DNA of 44,514 nucleotides from a virus: IMG/VR virus record IMGVR_UViG_3300028840_002857; one strand, 5' to 3'. Shown piece by piece: positions 33,373 to 42,096 of this stretch (position 1 is its first letter; each line of letters starts with the position of its first letter). The notes under the pieces were generated by a model. It saw only the letters and a program-made list of their open reading frames with translations, ran no database searches and was not told where the DNA came from. The position numbers and the translations under genes were made by a program.

Positions 33373-33747
33373 ATGGCAAATTTACCACTTGCCAAAAATC
33401 ACTCCGTCAAAAGTGTCGATGCCGTTGTACAGGCAGACGGGGCAGAAATCGACTTAGTGGGTGCAAATCCCATTGCGGGAATTTACAGGGCTGGTATCCT
33501 GGTTCTCGCTTGTTGGACTGTTGGAACGGCTCGACTATCCATTAACAGCGGCTATAAGGGGTGCGTTAGCTCAATGTGTGTAGAGCGGCGGTGCACCATT
33601 AACTGGAAAGCAAACGAACATATTTCAACGATCGAAATATTGCAGTCCGATAGCGGAATTCGGAATATATATCGACATTTTAAAGACATGTCAAAAATTA
33701 AATGGAAAGATAGTATAAAAGCTATAATAAAAAAGGAATATCAATAA
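33373..33747 (+). CDS. Hypothetical protein (start could be 33328)
   Basis: The ORF ends in a TAATG overlap with the next gene. ATG 33373 follows GAGGG. The region is visibly more GC-rich than its flanks. Confidence 0.4.
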   Translation: MANLPLAKNHSVKSVDAVVQADGAEIDLVGANPIAGIYRAGILVLACWTVGTARLSINSGYKGCVSSMCVERRCTINWKANEHISTIEILQSDSGIRNIYRHFKDMSKIKWKDSIKAIIKKEYQ

Positions 33748-33956
33748 TGGATACCGCCAAAGAATACGCCGACCATACCGGCCGCGTATTAAACAATTAT
33801 CGTTTTCACCTTCAATCTCATGTCGTCGCCCGTCAAGAACAAATCTTGGATCGTCAAAAAATAATTAACTTCAAATTGGACATTATTTTATTGATCTTCT
33901 TTTTTTACGCACTTTTCGGGATATTCCGGAAATTGCGTAATACAAAAAATATTTAG
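33747..33956 (+). CDS. Small membrane protein (69 aa)
   Basis: The C-terminal hydrophobic segment is IILLIFFFYALFGIF. Confidence 0.4.
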   Translation: MDTAKEYADHTGRVLNNYRFHLQSHVVARQEQILDRQKIINFKLDIILLIFFFYALFGIFRKLRNTKNI

Positions 33957-34077
33957 CAAAAACGTAATATGGAAATTATATTAATGGTATGCGATTTCAA
34001 AAATTGCGGTTGTTTTAATATATGCAAAATAAAATCAGTCGCGAACCATTGTTCCCTATTTAATTTATGGGCTAAAA

Positions 34078-34263
34078 ATGAGCAAACCAGAAAAGAAAAT
34101 CGGAAGACCAAAAAATACAGGCGACAAGGAAACAATGATCATTACTTGCCGGGTCCTAAAAATTCACGTCGAAGCCGCAGACAGGAAGGCCGCCGCCGTT
34201 GGTCAAAATCGAAGCGATAGAATCCAAATGTATTTTGAATCCGATTATTTAGACGAATTTTAA
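34078..34263 (+). CDS. Ribbon-helix-helix-like small DNA-binding protein
   Basis: 61 aa. KKIGRPKNTG...MIITCRVLKIHVEAADRKAAAVGQNRSDRIQMYFE resembles the CopG/Arc layout. Confidence 0.45.
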   Translation: MSKPEKKIGRPKNTGDKETMIITCRVLKIHVEAADRKAAAVGQNRSDRIQMYFESDYLDEF

Positions 34264-34276
34264 CGCGGGGGTATCA

Positions 34277-34507
34277 ATGGCAAAGAAAAGGAAATCATTT
34301 CGAAAAAACGACGTCCTTGTCGTATCGCGTCCAAGAAAAGAATACTTCGGTAAATTAGCGATTTATTGTTGGGCTTCAAAAACCCAAGGATATTCGGTCG
34401 TCAAAATGGCGGCCTTTGAAACGGGCGGGATTCTTTGTTACGAAGGAATCAAAACGGAATATCTTGAAAAGGTCGGACGGGCGCCAAACTCCGGGGGTCG
34501 TATCTGA
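34277..34507 (+). CDS. Hypothetical protein
   Basis: 76-aa ORF with a GCGGGGG RBS. Confidence 0.45.
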   Translation: MAKKRKSFRKNDVLVVSRPRKEYFGKLAIYCWASKTQGYSVVKMAAFETGGILCYEGIKTEYLEKVGRAPNSGGRI

Positions 34508-34539
34508 AAAAATTAACTTGGAAGACTGAAAAGCGTAAA

Positions 34540-34992
34540 TTGTCGGACCTTGTCCCGTTCCCGGGGAATCCCCGCATATTAAAGGAAAAGGGCGCGAACG
34601 ATCTTCGAAAATCCCTTGAAAAATTCGACCTTGCCGAAATTCCCGCAGTCGACGCCGACGGTACAGTATTAGCCGGAAATCAGCGTTTACAGATTCTTCG
34701 ACTTATGGGCCGCGGGGACGAAGTAATCGACGTTCGGGTCCCTTGCCGGGCCTTGACGGGTCCAGAACGGAAGGAATACAACGCCCGATCGAATATATCC
34801 GCCGGGGAATGGGATTCCGATATCTTGGCGAACGATTACGAACGGGAAGACCTTTTTGATTGGGGATTCAAACCGGCGGACCTTGGTTTGGCGACCGATC
34901 CCGGAGAACACCGGGACCCGGGGACCGAATCCGTAAAAAAAGGCGATACGACCGTAACTTGTCCGGAATGCGGACACATATTTAAAAAATGA
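34540..34992 (+). CDS. ParB-like nuclease-domain protein with a C-terminal zinc ribbon
   Basis: DLVPFPGNPRILKEKGANDLRKSLEKFDLAEIPAVDADGTVLAGNQRLQIL matches the ParB/Srx N-terminal pattern. The same frame stays open upstream to 34468 and encodes LTWKTEKRKL, so the true start is uncertain. Confidence 0.6.
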   Translation: MSDLVPFPGNPRILKEKGANDLRKSLEKFDLAEIPAVDADGTVLAGNQRLQILRLMGRGDEVIDVRVPCRALTGPERKEYNARSNISAGEWDSDILANDYEREDLFDWGFKPADLGLATDPGEHRDPGTESVKKGDTTVTCPECGHIFKK

Positions 34993-35074
34993 AGATTAAC
35001 AAAGAATATCGACGGGCGCTTGAAAATACATTTTACGGCCGCGCCCGGTTGATCCGACGGGAATTATTAAAAAT

Positions 35075-35710
35075 ATGGCGATATTTCGTAAAAAGCTAAA
35101 AAAATCCGTTAAACGTAATACGGAAACCCGGCCGGCGGCCAATATACAAAACGGTACGAAAACCGCGGTCGGCGAAACGAAATCGGCGTCCGGCGGGACG
35201 AAACAGGATCAAACCGGGACAAAAGCGCCTTTCGGCGGGACGAAGCCGTCGAGAACTACAAAAACTATTCGAAAAAAAAAGCCGCGGAAAAAACCGCGGA
35301 AAAAGCCGCCGACGCCGCCCGGGGACCGGGTCGATCGGGAATCCAACCAAATTTTAATCCGTAACGCAATGGTTGATCTTATGGCCAAACAAAAAGGCCG
35401 GAAGCCGTCAAATCGGGAAATTGCCGAAGCGACCGGATTACACGAACAAACGATCAAGCGCCATGTTAAAGATTTGGAATGGAAGCCACAGAAAAGTATT
35501 TGGCGCGTTTTCACGGACGATATGTTCGCCGCCTTGGTATCCGCCGGCCAAAAAGGATCGGTCCGGGCGATTCAACTTTGGTTCGAAGTCGTTGAAGGTT
35601 GGGTCCGGAAGACCAAACAGGATATTAAACATATCGGCCTTGATATCGACGACAATATCGATCCGGACGACGCGAAGGCCGCTTATCTTTCGAAATTAAA
35701 TCCAAAATAA
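35075..35710 (+). CDS. terS: Small terminase subunit-like protein (HTH)
   Basis: 211 aa upstream of the large terminase. It has a basic N-terminus and PSNREIAEATGLHEQTIKRHVKDL, a helix-turn-helix. Confidence 0.5.
   Translation: MAIFRKKLKKSVKRNTETRPAANIQNGTKTAVGETKSASGGTKQDQTGTKAPFGGTKPSRTTKTIRKKKPRKKPRKKPPTPPGDRVDRESNQILIRNAMVDLMAKQKGRKPSNREIAEATGLHEQTIKRHVKDLEWKPQKSIWRVFTDDMFAALVSAGQKGSVRAIQLWFEVVEGWVRKTKQDIKHIGLDIDDNIDPDDAKAAYLSKLNPK
35153..35245 (+). repeat. Five 21-bp-phased repeats, GG(G/T)AC(G/A)AA(A/G)-like
   Basis: The 9-mers start at 35153, 35174, 35195, 35216 and 35237, a period of exactly 21 nt. They encode NGTKTAV/GETKSAS/GGTKQDQ/TGTKAPF/GGTKPSR. Confidence 0.8.
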
Positions 35711-35721
35711 AAGGGGGACCA

Positions 35722-35976
35722 ATGCCAAGTCCGATAATGCGATTTTTTGAGTATTCACATTTACCGGAAAAATTACAAGCGGTTAGTAGTCCAATAGCGA
35801 CCGTCGCTTCCGTAATGGAAAACAGTTTGCCCGATTGCGCGGAAAAGTCCGCTGGCCTTCGGAAACTTTTAGAGGCAAAGGATTGTTTTATCCGGGCCGC
35901 ACTTCCGACGCCGCAGACCGGATATATGGGCGATACGAACGGACCGGGAACCGATCCGGAAGTCGGGGGGGAATAA
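35722..35976 (+). CDS. Hypothetical protein
   Basis: 84 aa with an AAAGGGGGA RBS. FEYSHLPEKLQAVSSPIA...LRKLLEAKDCFIRAAL recurs in phage genomes, and its function is unknown. Confidence 0.5.
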   Translation: MPSPIMRFFEYSHLPEKLQAVSSPIATVASVMENSLPDCAEKSAGLRKLLEAKDCFIRAALPTPQTGYMGDTNGPGTDPEVGGE

Positions 35977-36401
35977 TGGACAATAAAATTTATTATAAAA
36001 AAGGATACAAATATCAATTATCGAAGCCGTATAAAAGCGTCGTTCCAATCCGACCGGACGAAAGAATAACGACACGGTTTATTGAATTAATACCGGATTA
36101 TTCGCCAAATGGAATATTATGTATTTCCGTCGGTTACGCTTGGGACGGTCCAAGCGGTTTAACGATCGATACTAAAAATTTTATGCGGGGACCGCTTGAA
36201 CACGACGCTTTTTATCAATTAATGCGATTGGGATATCTTCCACAGTCGGCCCGGGAATTGGCGGACCAAAGATTACATGATGTTTGTCGAGCCGATGGAA
36301 TGTCCCGTCTTCGGGCTTGGTATGTCTTGCGGGCCGTCCGGAAGTTCGCCGGCTTTGCGGCGGACCCAAAGAATGCGAAAAAAGAGTACGTCGCTCCATG
36401 A
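35976..36401 (+). CDS. DUF1353-like protein
   Basis: The ATG overlaps the previous stop. YAWDGPSGLTID...PLEHDAFYQLMRLGYL...ADQRLHDVCRADGMSRLRAWYVLRAVRKFG matches the DUF1353 pattern. Confidence 0.55.
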   Translation: MDNKIYYKKGYKYQLSKPYKSVVPIRPDERITTRFIELIPDYSPNGILCISVGYAWDGPSGLTIDTKNFMRGPLEHDAFYQLMRLGYLPQSARELADQRLHDVCRADGMSRLRAWYVLRAVRKFAGFAADPKNAKKEYVAP

Positions 36402-36616
36402 TAAAAAAAATAAAAAAATATATTGACAGAGTTTCGACGGCTTTAAAAATGGAAATGCGATTAAGTACATTAATAAAAGACCTTGATAAACAAAAGCGTT
36501 TCAACGTTAGAATAACCATGAATCAATACACAATTTTATATATTTGTGCGACGCTTGGGATAAAAGATTCGGACGATTTCCAAGAATTTATCCGGTCTAT
36601 AATGAAAAAAAATTAA
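36398..36616 (+). CDS. Hypothetical protein (72 aa)
   Basis: ATGA overlap with the previous gene. Confidence 0.4.
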   Translation: MIKKIKKYIDRVSTALKMEMRLSTLIKDLDKQKRFNVRITMNQYTILYICATLGIKDSDDFQEFIRSIMKKN

Positions 36617-36619
36617 TAA

Positions 36620-38158
36620 ATGGTAATAAATTGGAAAAATCCAGATTACGACGCTATTTGGAAAAATCGATCCGCCGAAATCGATAGAATCCGGAAGGAT
36701 GAATCATATTATAAATCGATAGTAGTTCATTACAAATATAACCCCGTCGATTTTATAAACGATTGGGGAATAACATTCGATCCCCGCCGCGACCCGTCTT
36801 TACTTCCTTTTATCCTTTTTCCAAAACAAGAAGAATATATCCTTTGGCTTAAAAAGCAAATGGACGACGGCCAATCTTGCGTCGTCGAAAAGTCCCGGGA
36901 CATGGGCGCGACATGGTTAAATATGGCGTTCGCGATTTTGCTTTGGTTGTTCTGGCCGGGAAAAAAAATCGGCTTCGGGTCCCGCAAAGAAGATTTAGTC
37001 GACAAGATCGGGGACCCGGATTCGATCTTCGAAAAAGGCCGAATGTTCCTTCGATACTTGCCACGGGAATTTTTACCGTTCGGTTTCGACGTTGACGAAC
37101 ACGCGCCATTTATGAAGATCATTAATCCAGATAACGGATCAGTAATTACAGGCGAATCCGGCGACAATATCGGTCGCGGTGGTCGTAATACAATTTATTT
37201 CAAAGACGAATCAGCATTTTACGCGCGTCCGGATAAGATCGATGCTTCCTTGGCCGGCAATTCCGACGTTCGGGTCGACGTATCGACGCCGAACGGAACC
37301 GGGAATCCATTTTATAATAAACGCGTTGGCGGAATATTCCCGGTTTTTACTTTCCATTGGAAAAGCGACCCGCGGAAAGACGACGCTTGGTACAAAAAAC
37401 AAAAACGGGAATTGGACCCGGTCATTTTGGCCCAAGAAGTCGATATCGATTATAACGCGTCAACGGAAATGGTTTGTATTCCGGCCGAATGGGTCCAAGC
37501 GGCCGTCGATTTTAACTTGGAAGATTCAGGATTGAAGATCGGCGGCCTTGACGTTGCGGACGAAGGCGGCGACGAAAATTCGTTCGTATGGCGTAAAGGA
37601 GTCGTCGTTAAATCGGTCGAAGCTTGGAAGGAAGGGAATACAACGGAAACGACCCGCCGGGCGTATGGTACTTGTAAACTTAATAAAATAAAATTATTGC
37701 GTTACGATTCAATCGGCGTCGGCGCCGGCGTCAAGGGTGAAATATGGGCGATTAATCAGGAAGAAAAGAAAATGTCGGTTGTCCCGCATGGCATACATAG
37801 CGGCGGGAAGCCGCCGGCCGGGAACTTCGAACCCGGGAAACCTTGGCAAGAAATGTTTTTGAATATGCGGGCCGCTATGTGGTGGGATATGCGGCGCCGA
37901 TTTCAACGGGTTTATAATCAAAAATACAATAATATGAAATATCGGGTTGACGAATTAATATCGATTCCGAACGATTCCGGATTAATAATTGAACTTTCAC
38001 AGCCAAAATATAAATTCGCCCGGTCCGGAAAAATCCAAATCGAAAAAAAGGAAGATATGAAAAAGCGGGGGTTAAAATCACCGAACCGGGCCGACGCTTT
38101 AATGCTTTGTTTTGCCAAATTATCGGGCGTCGACTATAATTTGCTAACCGTTGCTTGA
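36620..38158 (+). CDS. terL: Terminase large subunit
   Basis: 512 aa. There is a Walker-A-like CVVEKSRDMGATW and an acidic nuclease motif, GLDVADEGGDENS. It lies upstream of the portal gene. Confidence 0.85.
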   Translation: MVINWKNPDYDAIWKNRSAEIDRIRKDESYYKSIVVHYKYNPVDFINDWGITFDPRRDPSLLPFILFPKQEEYILWLKKQMDDGQSCVVEKSRDMGATWLNMAFAILLWLFWPGKKIGFGSRKEDLVDKIGDPDSIFEKGRMFLRYLPREFLPFGFDVDEHAPFMKIINPDNGSVITGESGDNIGRGGRNTIYFKDESAFYARPDKIDASLAGNSDVRVDVSTPNGTGNPFYNKRVGGIFPVFTFHWKSDPRKDDAWYKKQKRELDPVILAQEVDIDYNASTEMVCIPAEWVQAAVDFNLEDSGLKIGGLDVADEGGDENSFVWRKGVVVKSVEAWKEGNTTETTRRAYGTCKLNKIKLLRYDSIGVGAGVKGEIWAINQEEKKMSVVPHGIHSGGKPPAGNFEPGKPWQEMFLNMRAAMWWDMRRRFQRVYNQKYNNMKYRVDELISIPNDSGLIIELSQPKYKFARSGKIQIEKKEDMKKRGLKSPNRADALMLCFAKLSGVDYNLLTVA

Positions 38159-38406
38159 AGATATATTTTAAGGATATGGAAAAGGGTTCAAGGTATTTAA
38201 TCGAGTTTGTAGGCGGATATTGTGACGGGCGCCGAATACTGCATGAACAATTACCAAAAGGTTTCGACGTTCTGACGGACCCGCGCCGCGAACCGTTAGG
38301 ATTGAAACAAGTAATTGTCGCCGCCCGCGTTGAAAAATACGAATTTTCCCATAGAAAAAAAATATCGTTAAACGACACAATTTTTTATTATAAATTAACA
38401 CATTAG
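38155..38406 (+). CDS. Hypothetical protein
   Basis: The TTG start overlaps the terL stop. 83 aa. An alternative ATG at 38176 has a poor RBS spacing. Confidence 0.4.
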   Translation: MKIYFKDMEKGSRYLIEFVGGYCDGRRILHEQLPKGFDVLTDPRREPLGLKQVIVAARVEKYEFSHRKKISLNDTIFYYKLTH

Positions 38407-38414
38407 GGGTTTTT

Positions 38415-39791
38415 ATGGCCGATACAATGAAGCTATTGAAAAAAAAGGTTTTTGACGGTTGGACAAACCTTTTAACGGGAATGGGCGTTACCGGGCGGGA
38501 TAAAACAAAAAGTACGTACTATGTCCGGGATTACCTATTATCCGAAAGCGAAATGATTTCAATGTACGAACAAGACGGATTCGCTAAACGGATAATTGAT
38601 CTTCCCGTAAAAGAAATGACACGAAAAGGATTCGTCGTCGAAGGCGATTCTTCCGGCGACGTTTTAGATTATTACAAAAAGCGGAAATTCAATTCGGCCG
38701 TTCGAAATATGTTACGTTGGTCAAAGGTTTACGGGGGCGCCATTGGCGTAATGATAATCGACGATGGGAATACGGACGAAAATTCCTTGGAACAACCATT
38801 GAACGAAAACAATATAAAAGTTTTCGAAGGAATAAAAGTTTATCAACGATTCCGCGTCGATCGAACTTCCGGAATCGATCGGGATATGAATTCCGATACA
38901 TACGGCGAATTGATAACGTTTACCGTTTCGCCGTCAAGGGAAACAAAGTTAGGAACACAATTCAAGGTACACCGGTCCCGGGTCGTATTAATTGACGGAA
39001 TCGATCTTCCGGATTCTGAAAAACGCCGGAATAATAATTGGGGTCTTTCCGTCCTTCAATCAGCATACAGCCAATTGCGGGATTTATGTTCTATAAATGG
39101 CGCGGTCCGTAACGTAATGGATTCATTCGAAACGGCCGTTTTAACAATCGAAAATTTACAAGAAATGATCGCAGCCGGACAGGAAGACTTTGTCAAAAGA
39201 CGAATCGAATTATTGGATTTGTCCCGCCATGCAATAAATACAATGCTTTTAGACGCCCGGGAAAAGTTCGAAAAGCGGGCGTCGTCGGTTGCCGGGATCG
39301 CCCAAATATTACAAGAGTTTCAAAAGTATCTTTCGGCCGTTACCGGTATCCCAATGACTTTATTAATGGGTCAATCACCGAAGGGATTATCCGCGACCGG
39401 TGAAAGTGATATACAATTATGGTATGATAATATCGCGTCCGAACAGGAAGAAAAATTATTATCGGTCGACGAACGGATCATTTCGTTAATTCTAAAATCC
39501 GCAGACTACAAAGGCGAAAAACCGGAAGATTGGTCGATTAAATATAATTCGCTTTGGCAAATGGACGAAAAGGAAGCTTCGGAAGTCAGGAAGAATCAAG
39601 CCGAAACGGATAAAATTTATATCGAATCCGGGGTCCTAACCGCGGACGAAGTCGCGTTATCAAGATTCGGCGGGGACAGATATTCAACGGAAACCGAAAT
39701 CAATACGGAACTTCGGACAATGGAGCCAGAACCAGAACCGGACGAAGGGACGGAACCGCCGCCGACGCCAACAACAGGGGAAGGCGGTTAA
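38415..39791 (+). CDS. Portal protein (DUF1073-like)
   Basis: 458 aa. FDGWTNLLTGMGVTGRDKT...LSESEMISMYEQDGFAKRIIDLPVKEMTRKGF matches the DUF1073 portal N-terminus. Confidence 0.8.
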   Translation: MADTMKLLKKKVFDGWTNLLTGMGVTGRDKTKSTYYVRDYLLSESEMISMYEQDGFAKRIIDLPVKEMTRKGFVVEGDSSGDVLDYYKKRKFNSAVRNMLRWSKVYGGAIGVMIIDDGNTDENSLEQPLNENNIKVFEGIKVYQRFRVDRTSGIDRDMNSDTYGELITFTVSPSRETKLGTQFKVHRSRVVLIDGIDLPDSEKRRNNNWGLSVLQSAYSQLRDLCSINGAVRNVMDSFETAVLTIENLQEMIAAGQEDFVKRRIELLDLSRHAINTMLLDAREKFEKRASSVAGIAQILQEFQKYLSAVTGIPMTLLMGQSPKGLSATGESDIQLWYDNIASEQEEKLLSVDERIISLILKSADYKGEKPEDWSIKYNSLWQMDEKEASEVRKNQAETDKIYIESGVLTADEVALSRFGGDRYSTETEINTELRTMEPEPEPDEGTEPPPTPTTGEGG

Positions 39792-39792
39792 T

Positions 39793-41526
39793 ATGCCCGT
39801 AATGCGTTGTACGCGTAACGGGATAAAAGGTTATAAATTCGGGAAAAGTGGTTTTTGTTACCTTGGTCCCCAAGCGAAATCGAAAGCGGCCAAACAAGGC
39901 GCCGCAATTAAAATAAGTCAATCCCGTTCGGACCAATCAGAATTTTTCAAAAATAAAATTATTCGTTATCGCGCCCAATTAGGAAAAACCGGAAAAAAGA
40001 TCGGCCGGCCGCCGAAGTGGTTATTTCCGACGCCGGTTGAATTATTTTACAAGCGGGAATTATTCGATTTCGTAAAGAATATCGAAAATAAAACGCGTCA
40101 AATTTTATTCCCTTTTTTAGATGATCTTGTTAAACAATATGAATTGACGATCGCGGATTCGGCCCGGGCCGACGGTTGGTCCGACGAAGCCGGACGCTTG
40201 ATCGATTCCCTTAATACTTCGATTACTAATACGCCGCCTTTTGATCCGCCGACAATGACTTTGAACGTCGGCCAGTTTACAAGCGATTGGAACGATAACC
40301 AATGGCGTAAAGTAATGCGGGGAACCGTTGGCGTCGATCCGTTCGCCCGGGAACCTTGGTTGAACGACGTTGTTACTTCCTTTTCAAAAGAAAATGTCGC
40401 GCTTATTAAATCGATACAGGATAAGGCCGTAACCGACATTGAAGGCATGGTCCAGCGCGGAATTAAACAAGGTCAGCGGGCCGAAACGATCCGAAAACAG
40501 GTCGAAGGACAATTCGGGACGACCCGCGCCCGGGCTAAATTGATCGCCCGGGATCAAGTCGCCAAGCTTAACGGTCAATTGACAGAACGCCGCCAAACCG
40601 CGCTTGGGATTCAAGAATATATTTGGCGAACGTCCCTTGACGAACGCGTCCGGCAAAGCCACAGGACCAAGGAAGGAAAAAAATTCCGTTGGGACAAACC
40701 GCCGCTTGATACCGGACACCCGGGGGAAGACTATCAATGTCGTTGCGTCGCCGAACCGGTTTTCGGGGACCTATTAAGCGACGAAGTCGCCGTCGTCGAT
40801 CCAATAACAGCCGTCGGCGTCATATCCCGGGCCGTAGTTCAGACACGAAAACCAAAGGCGGCCGCGAAAAAATCCGAAGAAATAAAAACAGCGGCCGACG
40901 TTAAAAAGTTCGACGACATAGAAGCTTATATAAAATATAATGATATCGCCAATTCAGTTGAATATTCGGGCGGCCGAACTTGGGGCGGTAAAATTTCCCA
41001 AGCCGCGGCACTTGAAAAATTCAAAATTATATTTGATGAAATGGAAAGATTCAAGGCGGCATATCCAAAATTGGGCCTTCCGAAAGTAAATAAATTCTAT
41101 GTAACAAAAGCAGTTCGGGGCCGCGCCCATGCCGGTTTTAGGGATTCCATGCGGGCAAGTATTTCATTTTCAAATGAATGGTCGGCGAAAGCTTGGAAAA
41201 ATATAGAAGATTGGGAAAAAAGAATGAATCGGCCTTGGGATTGGATAAAAAAAGAAGATCATAGACGAATAGTTGTTCGACATGAATACGCCCATATTTT
41301 ACAAGGTAAATATGGAATCGAACAAAATTCGGAATGGTTAAAATTAAAAGCGAAATACGATCGGGCTTGGCGCCGCCAAAATGTATCGGATTACGGCGGT
41401 AAAAAAAGTATCGAATTTTTTACCGAATCTTTTTCGCATTATACAAGTCCGTATTATTCGGAAACAAAAGCGTTACCAAAAGACATGACCGATTTTTTCG
41501 ATAAAATATTAAGCGGGGGTTTATAA
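39793..41526 (+). CDS. MuF / SPP1 gp7-like head morphogenesis protein fused to a C-terminal HExxH (lethal-factor-like) domain
   Basis: [23 protein letters not shown]...[12 protein letters not shown] is the MuF motif. The C-terminal domain has HEYAH (41281-41295) and [15 protein letters not shown] (IEFFTESF at 41410-41433). Confidence 0.8.
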   Translation: MPVMRCTRNGIKGYKFGKSGFCYLGPQAKSKAAKQGAAIKISQSRSDQSEFFKNKIIRYRAQLGKTGKKIGRPPKWLFPTPVELFYKRELFDFVKNIENKTRQILFPFLDDLVKQYELTIADSARADGWSDEAGRLIDSLNTSITNTPPFDPPTMTLNVGQFTSDWNDNQWRKVMRGTVGVDPFAREPWLNDVVTSFSKENVALIKSIQDKAVTDIEGMVQRGIKQGQRAETIRKQVEGQFGTTRARAKLIARDQVAKLNGQLTERRQTALGIQEYIWRTSLDERVRQSHRTKEGKKFRWDKPPLDTGHPGEDYQCRCVAEPVFGDLLSDEVAVVDPITAVGVISRAVVQTRKPKAAAKKSEEIKTAADVKKFDDIEAYIKYNDIANSVEYSGGRTWGGKISQAAALEKFKIIFDEMERFKAAYPKLGLPKVNKFYVTKAVRGRAHAGFRDSMRASISFSNEWSAKAWKNIEDWEKRMNRPWDWIKKEDHRRIVVRHEYAHILQGKYGIEQNSEWLKLKAKYDRAWRRQNVSDYGGKKSIEFFTESFSHYTSPYYSETKALPKDMTDFFDKILSGGL

Positions 41527-41741
41527 TGGGTTCATACTTGCCACCGAATATGAACGCTTGTTTTAATTGTAAACATTATTTGGGATTAAAGGAAATTCAG
41601 GAAGAACCGGAAATCGAACCGGATATTTTTAATTATTGCGAAGCTTTCCCGGACGGAATCCCGGACGAAATCGATTCGGGCGAAAATGACCATAGAAAGC
41701 CGTTTCCGGGGGATCACGGAATACAGTTCGAACAAGCTTAA
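41526..41741 (+). CDS. Small Cys-containing acidic protein coupled to the MuF gene
   Basis: 71 aa with a TAATG overlap. It contains CFNCKHY...[20 protein letters not shown]. Confidence 0.55.
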   Translation: MGSYLPPNMNACFNCKHYLGLKEIQEEPEIEPDIFNYCEAFPDGIPDEIDSGENDHRKPFPGDHGIQFEQA

Positions 41742-41753
41742 CGCGGGGAATAC

Positions 41754-41927
41754 ATGACATTAAAGGACCTTGCCGAAAAGGTCGTCGTATATTTAGCAAA
41801 ATACGCCGGTATGAAGTTTACCGGTCAAATAATATTTACATTCAATTTCAGGGACGGCGGAATCGGGACCCATGGCGTAGAAATTCGCCAAAAACAGAAC
41901 GAACCTTTTTCATTAAAGGGGAGGTGA
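41754..41927 (+). CDS. Hypothetical protein (57 aa, hand-called)
   Basis: ATG 41754 follows GCGGGGAA. Hand translation gives MTLKDLAEKVVVYLAKYAGMKFTGQIIFTFNFRDGGIGTHGVEIRQKQNEPFSLKGR. Confidence 0.4.
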   Translation: MTLKDLAEKVVVYLAKYAGMKFTGQIIFTFNFRDGGIGTHGVEIRQKQNEPFSLKGR

Positions 41928-42062
41928 TAAATAGGGATTTTTGAAGGAAGCAAAGAATAGTTAAGGAATCTTTGAGGAAATAATTTGCTTTTTTAAAAAA
42001 AATTGTTTAGATTTCTTAACAGGAAGCGACATAAACCCGGGGACACATCCCGGTAGTTTAAC

Positions 42063-42096
42063 GCCCGGTTGACCTTACAAGGTCCCGGGCTTTTTT
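42063..42096 (+). terminator. Rho-independent terminator
   Basis: gcccgg-tt-gacc (42063-) pairs with ggtc-ccgggc (-42090), followed by TTTTTT (42091-42096). Confidence 0.7.

Noticed and set aside
33567-33586. The tRNA-like D-arm sequence tagctcaatgtgtgtagagc suggested a tRNA gene in the GC-richer patch 33400-33620.
   Set aside because: No anticodon stem, no T-arm (GTTCRA-type loop) and no sequence complementary to a 7-nt acceptor stem follow it on either strand. The region also lies in an ORF that is coupled to the next gene.
33969-34220. An 83-aa ORF overlaps the ribbon-helix-helix-like gene.
   Set aside because: Its C-terminal two thirds are an Arg/Lys/Ser-rich out-of-frame reading of 34078-34263. 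Only the first ~35 codons (MEIILMVCDFKNCGCFNICK...) could be an independent mini-ORF, which I cannot support.
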